DNA from: Chrysomallon squamiferum
Lineage: Eukaryota; Animalia; Mollusca
Assembly: GCA_012295275.1 (NCBI GenBank)
Contig: CM022665.1
Location: 35,402,001-35,466,000 of the forward strand
DNA length: 64,000 nt
Direction: 5' to 3'
Part shown: piece by piece, positions 13,570 to 27,600 of the stretch
Numbering within the stretch: the first letter of the stretch is position 1
Layout: the number at the start of each line of letters is the position of its first letter
Position numbers and translations under genes: made by a program
The notes under the pieces: generated by a model
Told to the model about the DNA's origin: nothing
Database searches by the model: none
Seen by the model: only the letters and a program-made list of their open reading frames with translations

Positions 13570-13986
13570 ATATAAATAGTTGTTAAAGACTATTTTAATA
13601 TATACTTACCTAGGAAAACAAATCTAAAGAGGACAATATTTTTCATGTTTGGAAATGTAAAGAAATCTTTCTTAAATAGCGAGGTGTCAGTGTTTAGAAT
13701 GAAATTTGAATACTATACTATTACACACTGTAGAAAACTGAGTACATGAAACACATATCAAGGATGGTGTTGTTTTTAACACTTTCAGATGGCAATGCAA
13801 GAATCATTACAATTTTCATACCTGTCTGTGTCTGTGTCTGTGTGACATCTGCAGCTACCAAAATGGTAATTCTGTTATCTGTGACCAAGTTGCAGATTGC
13901 AATCTTAGTTTTATTAGTAATTCTTTGTCACTGAGACAGAGAAAGGGTTGGAGATAGGGATAGAGAGGCATATATATATATATGTT

Positions 13987-13990
<4 letters not shown>

Positions 13991-14044
<54 letters not shown>
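13991..14044. repeat. (AG)n microsatellite (a second lies at 15617-15657)
   Basis: Pure dinucleotide runs. Confidence 0.93.
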
Positions 14045-14047
<3 letters not shown>

Positions 14048-14703
14048 TTCATTGATTATCAGTTGCTGTGTAGTCTAACACACGTTATACTAACAACTGC
14101 AGATATACAGTTGTTATACAGTTCACATTTAAGCACTTAGAATTAAATGAAACTAAACTGAAGACAGGAGGGTCTAAGGAGTGTTCCAGAACAATTGCAA
14201 TGTTGCAACTGATTTTCTACGTCAGCTGTGAAATGAAAAAAGTTACAATAGGAAATGTAAACTCATTTAGATCTTTTATTAGTAGTTTTATTTGTTTCTT
14301 CGTTTTTTATGCTAGATTAAGAAATATAATTAAGCAATGTTCTTTGCCTAAAGCCAGTGACAAATTGTACAAACTAAGCTGAGTTTATTTTTACTTTTTT
14401 GTTGTTTTTGATATAATAGTTATATTTTCAATTTTATTTTACGTATCAGATTATTGATGTGGTTCAAATTAATACTGGTTAACTTTTATTTCAATGTAGA
14501 TAAAACATTTGTTCATCACTTTGAGAACAGTGCTTAAATGAATGAGAATAATATGCACAAATGAAGTCAAATAACGAGAACAACATTTGAATTATTTGAA
14601 CTCATTTTCTCTGAAACCGGATCAAGACTGCTGTTAAACATTCAGTCATTATCTCTTCTGTGCGTTTGATTATTCACAGTACAGAAATAATTACATTTGG
14701 ATG

Positions 14704-14734
<31 letters not shown>

Positions 14735-15612
14735 CTTAAAGCAGAATGAACTAATGTAAATACCATTACCTAATCTCAGAAAACGCCTTTCCAGAGAAAC
14801 AATCAAAATGATAAAATAAACAAATAAATAAAATTAAATTAAATACGTACACACACACACATTACATATAAATTTATGAAAAAAAAAAAAAAATGCAAGA
14901 TAAAAGTGCATCATTTTCCAAAAGGAAACTTTATTTTATATTCTGTGATAAAAGTGAGGAAGATTAAAATAAGTATAAAATATTTACACATAAAAACTAG
15001 CTTCTTGTCTTACTGACAAATGACATACAAGAGTTGGTGTAACAAGGAATACAGCTGAGGCAAAATTAAAAAAGGATTTAAAAACAGTATGCTTTATTAT
15101 TATTCTAATACATCATTTCATTTTTCAAAGACTTTTATGAAAACACCAGATTTGTGACATTCAGTTGTTACAAATATTGAGCTGCACAAAATTTAATTGG
15201 TGTAATATATATATTACCTTTTTAATTTTTAAAGTAAAATCTTCAACAAAAGATATTTTAGAGTTTACAAAAATAAAAATCAAGCTTTATATCTGTGTTG
15301 TTAAATTATTATTACACACCTATGCTTTCAGATATGGATATGAAAAGTAAAAAAATAAGGTAGAGCTGGAAAACAAAACCCCTAAGATTTAAACATGAGC
15401 ACATCATTGAAGACACTGTATACCATCTACATAATTATATATAAGAATTTAATCATCTAAACAATAACAGAGATAAAATGATTGAAATTAATATATAATA
15501 AATGGATAAATTAGATACAATTCAAACAACTTTTGTAAACTAAATGTAAACAGGATTTTTACCAGACACTTTTATAACAAAGTGAGTAAATGTGTGCAAA
15601 AACTAGAGAATG

Positions 15613-15660
<48 letters not shown>

Positions 15661-16440
15661 AAATACAAATTACAAAGACTGAGAAAAGTATCAGCCAAAA
15701 TACTAAGATGCTAAAAAACAGAGAAAAAAAAAGAAAAGAAAAGAAATTGGATGTTGTTTTACAGGATACACGATTAATAACATTTATTTCTTAATATACT
15801 TTTCAAATAAACTTAAAAATAAAATAACAAGACAGTTTTGAAAGGCAATATCTTTGTATATCATCAAGAAAGAAAATGTTAAGTAAAGTTTTAAGGCTGA
15901 TAGGAAACTCTGAATTTACATTGTCTTACTATTCCTTAATTATTGTAAAGAATACTAAGTCAATGCTACTAGCAATAAACTACATAGAAATATTTAAATT
16001 CATCACATATGCCATTGATAAAAAACCAAAAAAAAAAACCAATAAGAAAACAATAACAAGTAACTGATGTCAATACTGATATCTATGAAACGCTGAAAAA
16101 CATTTTTAAATATGAATCAAGACAAACCTTTTTAAATAATGAATCGAGGGTTGTAAAAAGAGTTTCTAATAATGCTCTTTTTCTTGTTTATTTTTATACC
16201 AATTAAAAAAAAAAAAAAAAAAAAAAAACACAAAAACCCAAAAACATCCCTTATTCTTTTCAGTATTCATTCCTTCTCTCTTGCTTTATTATTTTTTTTA
16301 AAATAAATTTTCAATTGCATTATGGAATGTTCTTTTTTCTCAATCACTCGTAGAAATGACAAGAATTAAATGATAATTTTTTTAAAAGTGATCCATTTAA
16401 ACGATTTAAAATTTCTTATGTAGAAATAATGTGCAAGTGT

Positions 16441-19400
16441 TTATGTTGCTGCCTCTTTTCCGCCACTCAAACTGTGAATAAGCTGTGCTATGTGATGATG
16501 TTTGTCTATCTCTGTCTGCTGCTCAGCTATCTGCTTCTCGTGTTCCTGGCAGACAATCTCTAATGATGACACCTGCAATATTGGTGGAAATTTCTAAAAT
16601 AAGATTTCAATTTGTGCATTATAAATAATGGTAAACTGCAAAATTTACAAGTTGAATGGCATTATGTTGGCCTGAAATATATTGGTTTTAGCAATGAAAA
16701 AAAAAAAAAAAAAATCAACTACTGGTATACTATAAAATTTACAAACTGAACTATACTGTTTTGGTGTGAAACGTTTTGAGATCAGTCATGAAATAAATAT
16801 TCAATTCCTGTATTGGAAATATGCCTATATATATATATATATAAAATTTACTAATTTAGCAGCATTACATTGGTTTGAAATGTTTTGGGTTTAAATATTA
16901 AATTCACATCACAGAAATATGGCTATAATATTACAGTAAAATGTACAAACTGAGTTGAACTAGCTTAACTGGAAGTGTTTTGAATTTAAGCCATGTTTAA
17001 CTAAGAAATATACTCTATTTGGGTAAATATGTGTGGATGCAATAAAACAACAACAACAACAACAACAACCAACAAAACAATGTAAAGTAAATTTAACAAA
17101 AGTACTTTTGGTGTAAGTAACTATATTTATTTCATTCTAAACATACTGATATACATAAAATATTCAAAAACGAGTATTTTTTTAGAAATACTGATACCCA
17201 AAAATAATAATAAAAATAGTTGTAAATATGAAATGAGTAAATGTTTTGCCAGAGATCTCTTCAAATAATATTAAATAATAGTAATTGTAAGCATGTAAAG
17301 CATGATAAACCTAATAACAACAATATATAACAGTATACCTAAATACATAAGGAATAAACTAATATATAGTTTTGATGGAATTCCTTCTGACTGATGAAAA
17401 ATGAAAAATAATTTAAAAAAAAAAATTGTAATTCTAAATTTATATATATAAAAAATAACGTAAACATACCTTTCTTTAAGAGCTATTTTATGAATAATAA
17501 AAATGTTGTAAGTAATATTATCTGAGTATATATATATAGAAAGTTGTCAGATCCCACCTTTTGCTGCAGTTCTCTGCGGAGCTGTTCTGCTCGTCCGATG
17601 TCACTGCGTAGTTTGTTCACAGCCAGTTCCAGGGCTTCTTTGTCTTTTTCAGTCTCATCTTTTTCCTTCAGTGTCTTTCTGTGTTTGTCTTCTATCACCT
17701 GAAGAGTCTTAGTTACCTCTGAAAACAACAGACAAATTCAAATGGCAAAGTAAAAGACAGTAATGTCAAAACTTTTATTCAACTTTTTGTTTTCTTCTTC
17801 ATTTCAAAAGAATTTCAGTCACAAATATTCATTTAAGGATTTGTTCATTTTCATTTACAGTTTAATTAGTCATAATCTTGCAGCTGAAGTCATTATTAAT
17901 GGTATTTATTTTTATTATTATTATTTTTTTTTTTTTTTTTTGACAAAACAAAATGTAGTTTCAGTGGAACACCATAAATATATAAATTATATTTTAAATT
18001 TACTTACTCCAAATCCCCATCACCAAATATTTTTTAATGCACATTTTTTGCTTTAAAATTTAATTATAAAAGGATTGATGATAATTATAAGTTATGTATC
18101 CACTGAAACCAGTGATGCAGTAATTGCAGGAACAGAAAGAGAGTTTTACCTTGGAGTTTGTTTTCTTTTTCTTTGAGAAGTCTGGCCAGCTGCTTACTTT
18201 CATCTTCCAACACAGACAACTGCTCAGTTGTGCTATAAATATATGCAAGGGAGATTAAAGAAAAAATAAAGAAAAATCAAACGATATAGTGAAGTATAAA
18301 AATAATTATTAATAAATTCATTTAAAAAAACAATGAAATCAACTAAATCCCCCACAAAAAACCCAGAATATATATATTACATTGTGAATATGAATTATAT
18401 ATACTGCTATAAAATACAAATTACAGAAACAAATCTGAAGAAATAATAATAATAATTTATTTGTCTTATTTTTATGCTTTAATTAACAACTCCTACATAA
18501 TAATGTTTCATGGACTATTTTGAAGAAATAGTAATAACCAACATGAATATCATACATGCCATGTTTCACACCACATCTTACAGATAAACCTATTAGATTA
18601 ACATTAAGAATACTTCCAGATAAACATCTTTTGTCACACAGCTATCCATCTGAAGTCATCATACTGCACAAGACAAACATTGCTGACTAAAGGTAACAAC
18701 AGTATCTTACATGTCATGTTGGTGTTTAAGACACTCGTGATGTTTCTGAAGAATTTCATGCATTTCTCGCAGAGTCCTATGTTCCTGCTTCAGCACAGAA
18801 AGTGATCTTTCATGACTCTGAAATCTTGAATAACACCAAAAATAAACAAACAAACAAACAAACAAACAAGTAAAGACTCATCTACATAATTTTGATTTAT
18901 ATTCAAGTTTCCCATTAAAATACATTGTCAAGTTATAGACATTTTTTGGTTTCTTTAAATATTTAAAATATATAATGCAAGAAAACTGTCTAGTTCAATT
19001 CTATGAATTTTAAAAAAAAAACATTTTATGTAATATGTTTATAAAGATATATGATTATGATATCCTGTATAATTATGCTGGGCAAGAAGAGACATTTTGT
19101 AAGCATGCTAAACTTGTATTTATAAAAGAAAGATTTATAGAACATTTATAATGTAATGGAAATTTGAAATATAAAATAAAATGATCACTTCTCTATAAGA
19201 TTGGTGTGTTCATTTTTCAGTGTCTCAAGTTCACCTGCTTTACCTTCCAAGCTGAAAGTTAATCAAAATATAGTTAATAGAGGATGGAATCTTAAATTCA
19301 CCAATTGTGTTAACATACTGTCTAATTGTATGTTCCTGCTTCTTATAAGTTCTTATATTTCACATTGAAATGCAAGTACATATGCAATATAATGCATGTA

Positions 19401-21560
19401 ACAGACAGAATATAAATTGCATATATAAACTATTGGGCACAATATAAATTACACACAATATATAAAGCTTAAATAGAAAAACTTTATGACACACTACATA
19501 ATTATATGTAACATGTAATGTACAAACACACAGATACATAAATTGCACAATAAATGAAACAGTTCACTTGATAACATAACCACACATCTCATAGTTCTGC
19601 AAGTACATTGCATAGATAATTAATGAGGTTAAAAGCAAAAACAGAGGACTTGCCTATCTACTTCCAGTTTCAACAGATCAAAATCATTTTTGAGATTTTC
19701 AAAAGCAAGATTCCTTGCATTGAGCTGCTCCAGATAGTCATCATTCTTTCTCTCAGCCTCATGCAACAAGGTCTTCAGAGTGTGTGTCTGAAAGTTGTCA
19801 TAACACAAAACTGATACTAGCATTTTTAAATAACAAAATAATTTCTCAAACTGAAGCTGATATATTGAAACAATATTTAAAACTATTGTATTCTTAAAAA
19901 ATATTAAAATTCTTGGGAATAATGAAAACATTTCTTTTTTTAAATATAATTCTAAAATAAAATTTATTATTTGTACAGAGATAAATTGAAGAAAATTAGA
20001 AGCAGTTCATAAAAGAAAAGAAAAATATTTACAGAATTTACTATGACTTTAAGAGCGGATAATAAGTTTTATTTCATTCTCAATCAGCCAACCTGTCTTA
20101 AAAATATTTCAACAGCTTCCACCAACATTATGAATGAACAAAATTAAAAGGTCAAACTGGTGTTCTATCATTTCAAGACAGCTATTAGCTAGTAATGTAG
20201 GCAAAGGTATCTGACACCCAAAACCTGCCATCTTTTCACCTTATTAAGTGTCAATACTTTCTGATTCTATTTAAGTATTCAGAAGGTTTAGTGCTCTTAG
20301 ATGCAGCCTCCTGTAGGCAACAACCTAGTTTACTGTAAAATACAAATTCTGCCTACCTCAGCTTCAAAATGTGCTTCTCTTGCTCTGTTCTGATGTAGTA
20401 GTCGATCAGCCTGAGTTAAAGCCAGAGCCTTGGTTTCCATCAAGTTTTGCAAGTGTTCTGCATGTGTCTATTGAATTAAACAAAACTATAATATGAATAT
20501 TTGTTTAATGATATAACATTATGTTATTATACTACTGATCATCAAACAACAATTGATTATCAGGCCCTATTTCTATTGTCAGTTTATATCAAGTTAGAAT
20601 TCTGAAGAAAAAAATAAAATAAAATAAAAATCTTTAAAACACTATTTCGTTCTGTTGCTGTTTAATTTGTGTGCAAATTTAAAATCTAAAAAAGTCACAG
20701 AGAAAATCGTTTACTTCATCTACAATCATAAAAAAAAAAAAAAAAAAATATGTATGTGTGTGTTATTATAAAATAAAACAAACCTGTAAAGACTGAATTC
20801 TATGTTCATATATAGCTATGATTTCTGAAGCTCGCATATCTTTGACCTGTATACAACCAAATCAAGCAAGTAGTGATAATTCAGTAACATTAAAGACATA
20901 ACAAACAGTTAATTTTACAACATTATCACCAGAAATTGTAAACATTTTTATATATGTTATTATTCACAATATTAAATTTCTAATCAGAAGGACAAATATC
21001 AATTTTCTAAATGGACAAATAGATATCAGTTACAATAAACATTCCTAAGAATGAAAATAGCAAAATGTGTCATATCTGTTTAGGTGTTTTTAAATTATCA
21101 TATTTAAAGAGACACTTCAAAATTCTGATTAATACAATACTAAACTTTTGAAACATTACTGGAACTACAAACCTTGCTTAATATACATCAAGCAGTGGGA
21201 GAAAAAAAAAAGAAAAAAAGAGGCTGTATGTAGTCATAAGTAAATGTTTTGACACTCCTGCTTCAAGTCTGACTAAGCAGTAACAATATCCATCTGTTGA
21301 CAATGACAACAATGTGCATGTCTCCTACCTCAAGTGTTGACTGCATTTTCTCAATTATTAACTGGATAGAGGCATCAAAACTGGAGGAATTGTTAGCTTC
21401 TTCTGGTTTTCTTGAATCTGCAGTTACAACACTGACATTGTTTTGTAAACTCTGAGTGGCACACCTCCGAGAAGCAGCTGATGCATTTTGTGTTTCTGTG
21501 TTACTCTGTCTGGCTTCCAACTTATGAGAATTCATGGCTGCAATTGCATCACCAAGACTG

Positions 21561-21604
<44 letters not shown>

Positions 21605-24600
21605 CAATATTATTGATATCTTATTAACTGACAGATAGATATAATTATTTTCATTTCAATGCAAACTGCTGCAGACAAAAAACCTATAATTTATTCCCAT
21701 TTGGTAATGTTACGGTCTGTTATAAACATTAATACAATTGCTATTTATGTTTTATTTTTTAAATAATATTTTACAAGAATACTTTACTAATGACCCCCAA
21801 AACAAGAAAAACTCTGCAATGGGATTAGCCCCAAAACTACTAAGTTATCTATTCCCATAAAAATATAATATTTGATGTGATCATCATATTATAAAGAGAG
21901 AAAAGAAGTAAGGAATGAAGTTAGAATAATTTATTTTATGTGTGCTCTCTCAAAACATTTTTAATTACAATTATATTACATCATAAATATTGCTTTAAGA
22001 CATGTCTGTGTGACAACACCATAGAAAGATTCCATACATCAAGAACATTGGATGTAAATTCACTATATTAACTTACCCTACACGAGGAAATTCACTCAAT
22101 ACATTTTAAATTTGTAATCACATGACTTTGTAGACACGATTGAGCACACATGAAATAGTCTAAGTGATTCACTAAGTCAACTTACACAACATCAGGAAAT
22201 TCATCCAGAGTTGAACCAAAACAGACGAGTCTGAGTGACAGTTGTACCAGTGATCTCTCTCCTGAAGTCAGACCTGCTGCTAGAAATGGAACAATTTTGC
22301 TGTCCTGTAATAATTTTGAAAATATGTATCTTAAAGTATAAGTTAAAAATAAGAAATAAAACCATTATTCAAAATAAGAAACAGTTTGATCAAAATGATA
22401 AATATTAAGGATATAGTTTGTTTGCTTTATTAGCTAATTTTAAAGTAAAATTTTTGTTTTCTTAATATTGCCTTTGAAAAATAAATATATAAGGGGGCCT
22501 GTTGGTATTATGATCCACCTTCAGTCACTGTCTATGCAGGTGGCTGCTCATTTTGGAGGCCACTAAAGACAGGTACCACTGTATTACATTTTAAAAAGCT
22601 TTTATCATGAAGCCTATATACACAATAAAATATTCAAAAATCTATTGAGAAAAAGGAAAAACAAAACAATTTGAAAAAAAGGAAAAAAGAAGAGTGAACC
22701 AAATAACTGATAAATTAATCAATGCACATTAATACAAAATAAATAAACAAAATTAAAAATGTAATTATTGAAGCTTACTTTTAAAGTCATAACATCTGAC
22801 CATGTTAATTTCATGAAATATTTCACCATGTTAAGTTAATAAAAAAACCTTTTAGGTTTTATCTTTCACCTATGTTATAATTTTTATAATAATATTTAAA
22901 CATGTTTTTGTGTTTCAGATTTCTCGTCAGCTTACCTGAATAAGCTCTATGAAACAGTTGTTCATTCCAGAAACATGTTTCTTCAACTTGGACATCAACT
23001 CTAAACACACCAAAACCAATTCCACACCAACCAAACTGAAATTGTCAAGTGTTGATAATTAACAATTTTAATAAGGTAATGGAACCAAGACCTAACTGAA
23101 AGTTACATCAGTGAAAAACATAGTGATAGCATAAATATAAAACAAATTCTAACATTTTTATCATTTTGTAATTCAAACAGTGGTTATTCCAGCACTTTAT
23201 GGAAAACAAACATTCAGCTTTATCTACTATAACTTAAAATATTTTTTTATTTAACAATCGTAATTTTCTTTGTAAATCACCACACATCTGCAAGTAATGC
23301 TAAACTGAATATCAGAATTTTCTATTCTCCTGGGAAAATATTTTTGTCTTCGATTATATTATTTTAATTTTTAAATTGTTTTATATATATATATTTTACA
23401 TTCAAGAATTAGTAATGTGTGACAAGTCAAACAACTCATTGCAGAGATTGTTCACATTATCTTTAAATGTCCATGTACTCTCATACTGGTATGTATTTAT
23501 TCAAATGTACTAAGAAATGTCTACCTCCAGTCATTCTGTTCCTTACAGCTCACTGTTTTCTTCAATTTGAACACCTGGTTGTTGCAGAACTGATATTCAA
23601 AAAGGTTTGATATTAAATTAACATCTACCAGATCTGCCACTGCAGCCTTTAAGTCATCTTCACCACACAAAACTGAAAGGAAAATAATATTTTAATACAG
23701 TAGTAGTCAGTGTTTCATTGATATACAGAACTGTGATACCATCACACACAGAACTGAAAATAAAATAATATTTTAACATCAGTCACTATTATGTGATATC
23801 CTCGCAGATATTAAAATATTTTAACGAATAAGCATTAGTCACTATTATATTGCTCTACCATTGTTTTGTGCTATTCTAAAAAACACAGAACAAAAAATAG
23901 AGTGCAGGTTTTACACTGAAGGAAATCAGTATTAGTTGGTTACAGTGAAAATATTTTCCCGTAATTTTCACTGCCTTTATTTTGTTAATGTGATAGAACC
24001 TTCTGATTTAACCAGCAGGTTAACCAAATTCACACACTAGTATTTGGTGTTACATATCAGTTGCTGAAGTAACATATTTATTAAAAAATATTATTATTAA
24101 CGCATCTGTGTATAAATAATATCTATCACATGCTTATACAAAAGTAATAATTGAAAACAGAATCTAATGAAATATATTTACCTATGAGAAATTTAACTGC
24201 CTTAACAATTTTCAAGCACTTGTTTTTCAGGTTAGTTTCTCCAGTGAGACTGGTTTTCAATATGTTGATGAGGACTGGAAGGAGAAGATCTATATGTAGA
24301 CACCACTGATCTCTCTGACCAGAATACAGCACTTCCTGGTAATAAACACAAGTAAATTATATTTACACAGGCACATATATATGTGGGTAAATGCTTGAAT
24401 ATATGCATGAATGAATTGCACTTAAATGCTTTAAAAAAAAGTACATTACATTTAGTCCTTACATCTCAATAAAAAAAGCAAAAAAAAAAAAAAAAGATAA
24501 ACATGATATAAAAGGCCAACAATTAATGACTAACAACCGTAACAATATTTTTAAAAAAAGAAAAGAAAAAAAGAAGTTTACTTATTAAATTTTATTTACA

Positions 24601-27600
24601 AAAACACAAAGTAAGTGACTTTACCTCTTAAACCTCAGTTGAAAAAGAACACAAGAAAAGCACCAAAACATTTACCTCATAAACCTCAGTGAGCAGATCG
24701 AGAGCAGCCAGTGATGCCAGTTTTGAAATGTCGATATTCTGATTGGCCCAGTGTACAGTGGCAAAGAGAGGCTCCTTTACAAGTGTCACTGGACCTGCTA
24801 GCATCTGATGGTAGTATGCAGGACTGACTGGAGTCTGTATGTCAAACATGACCTCACAGATAACTGAATTTACTCCAGTCACACCACAGAATGACAACAA
24901 GAGACCAAACAGCTGGAAAAAAAAAATAATGAAGTAAAAATAATAAATGTAAGTTATTTCTTAAACTGGACTTACAGTGAAATTATTATATCATAAGCAA
25001 GGAAATGATATAGTAAAAACCTGCTCTATCAGTCACATGTTTAAAGAAGTCATCTGTGTTAATAGGATCTTTTAAACCATCTAATAGAGAATGATTTGGA
25101 AGGTATCAAGCAATAGTCTATTTTCATAAATTATCTGTCTTAATTAAGGACTTTTTGTTGCTCCCACTGGAGGCTGTTTCACATGGACTGGATATATCCA
25201 GGTGACTAGCTAATGAATAAATGGAAGTAATCAGCAATCATTTTTATCAAATTTCCTCAATGTATCGGTTTGATAAAATTATTATAGCTTTTATTAGAAC
25301 TATTACTGATCATATTTCATAGGCCATATAAACCACTCGTTGAATGAAAGATAACATATCTAAAGCAATTAATTAACAAAAATAATTAGATGATTCATAA
25401 AATTCATGTTTATTAATTAAAATGTTTTCAGCTCTCATTAATTACATTCTTCAATCCCATATAGACTAGGATAGACATAAAGATGTAGAAATACCTTAGA
25501 CATTGTTTCTGCACTACCTCGAGATACGAGCCTTAAAGTATACACAATACATTCCTGCAGGTAAGCATACCTAGAAAAGAAAAACAATCATATTTAGTAT
25601 TTCAAACTTAATTTCAATTTTATAACTGAAGATATGTTCAAATGTACTCAGATTATATCAGTAAAATAATGGGAGAGAATCTTATAAACAATTTTTAAAA
25701 TCAAAATTAAAATTTAAAAAAAAATGACATTATATATTAAAAAGTTATTTACCGCTTGAGAGATTCTTGAATCTTGTGGTGTTTAAGAAGATCCAGAAAT
25801 AAGTCAACAGCATAAACCAGAGTCATACCTGAGTCTCCATTGACCAAAATGTTAAAAATCATCTGTAGACTTTGATTGATATTTTCTGCATCAAATACCT
25901 AAATAATTATAAATAAATAAAATTACAAATAAAAATGAATAAATATATATAAAATTACATACAGTTAAAGTGAGATCTACATTGTATCTTAAACGTACAT
26001 GTTATCACAGATATGTTATGATTACTGCCAAATTATGAAATTCAATATATTGTGGTATGTATTCAAATAATAATAATAATAATATTAATAATAATCAATT
26101 CATTTTGATGAAGAAAAAAATTAATAAGCTATGCAGTAATAAAAATTTATAAGCAGGATACAAACCTCTTCTGCTATTTTTTCTGGCAGACACACACTGG
26201 CAAAAATGGAAAATGCATAAACAGCCACAGTGAGATTCTGATTGCAGAAATATGAAATTAAAACTTTGTACAACCTCTTAGCATTTTCCTAAAATAAATA
26301 AAAATAAAAATAAAAATAATAAAAATGGTTTTGACTATAACACAACAGATAATTAAAGTATGTAACTTTCAAAGTATACTCATTTAAATCATGTTTTTTT
26401 TTCAAAATTCCAATAAAGTTAATATTAAATCTTTATTTGATTATTATAGATATATAAATTTCAGGTATCAAAGAGTACAAATATGAATCAAAGAACATAT
26501 AGCTACAAAAAACCCACCAAATAAACAAATAAAACAACAAAAAAACCACACACCAAAAAGCAACCATTTGGTGTCAAATTTCTACTAATGTATCTCAGTT
26601 TAATTTGGTCATAAAATATAATAATATGTCTTACCCTGTTTCTGATAAACATCTGAACAGGATAGTTGTCTCTGCAAAGGTTTGCCAGCAGACCTAAACA
26701 GGGCTCAATTAAAGCATTTGAAGACAACAGACTGAAAGAGATGAAATTATAAATATATTTAAATCTTAAAAAAATGTATGTAAAATAATTGTCAAACATA
26801 ACATTTTATTTATTTCAAATAAATAAATGCTATATTATACTAACCAACTATGTCAATTAAAAATATTTAATATTCATTAAATTAATTTATTGAAAATATG
26901 ATAAAAATGACTAGTATACTTTATCTATTCTACCTTTTTTTTTTTTCAGAAGCTGTATGAGATTTAAATATGAAATGCTAACTTACACTTCATTGATGAG
27001 GTATTTCAACAGTTGTTCCATATAACGTTCCTGGATGTTAAGATGATGTCCATATGTTACTTTCTGCAATAGTCTCAGACACTGAAATGCATCAAACAAA
27101 GAACAGCTACAATATTAATACAAGTTTCTGAAATTCAGATGGTTCTGCAGTATACTCCCAGCAACATGCAGTCAAAATGTGAAAATGGATAATGCTATGG
27201 AGATTGCTATAGTGTTTTCAGTTCTTAGTTAAATTTGGATATGATACAGAGTATTATTTTAAAATATTTTTTACAGTTCAGAGTTTGATATATTAATGGC
27301 AAAACTAGCCAAAGCATTTTCATAATTGCTTAGGTGACAGTACATATTTTAATGTGATAGATATTATATTGTCAACCTTAAAACAAAAGATTTGTTACAC
27401 AAGGTAAGTAAATCTGATGTAAATGTAGAAAAACTGAGATGAATAGTAAAACCATCAGAAAATAAAACTTTTTTAATTTCGATTTAAAGTCACTATTTTA
27501 TGTGGCAATTCAGCTTCATGAAGAACTGGCTTTCTTTATATATTTTTTTATTACATTAAATATGTGTAAAACAGATTAAATACGTCTTGTACATTATATA

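Larger units (their letters stand above)
11305..13646 (-). pseudogene. Decayed or truncated tandem paralog of the six-Cys gene at 336-2230
   Basis: Exon 1 13646-13610 (37 nt, MKNIVLFRFVFL-G) and exon 2 11939-11828 (112 nt, MFGSIHPACKGAGFNTCTHIHNLEILTAGPYLTKLC) match the intact copy in length, phase and Cys spacing. Exon 3 11642-11574 (69 nt vs 107) reads AKNNYINCLSTNCI* with TGA at 11599-11597. Putative exon 4 from 11315 has TAA at 11307-11305. Confidence 0.78.
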
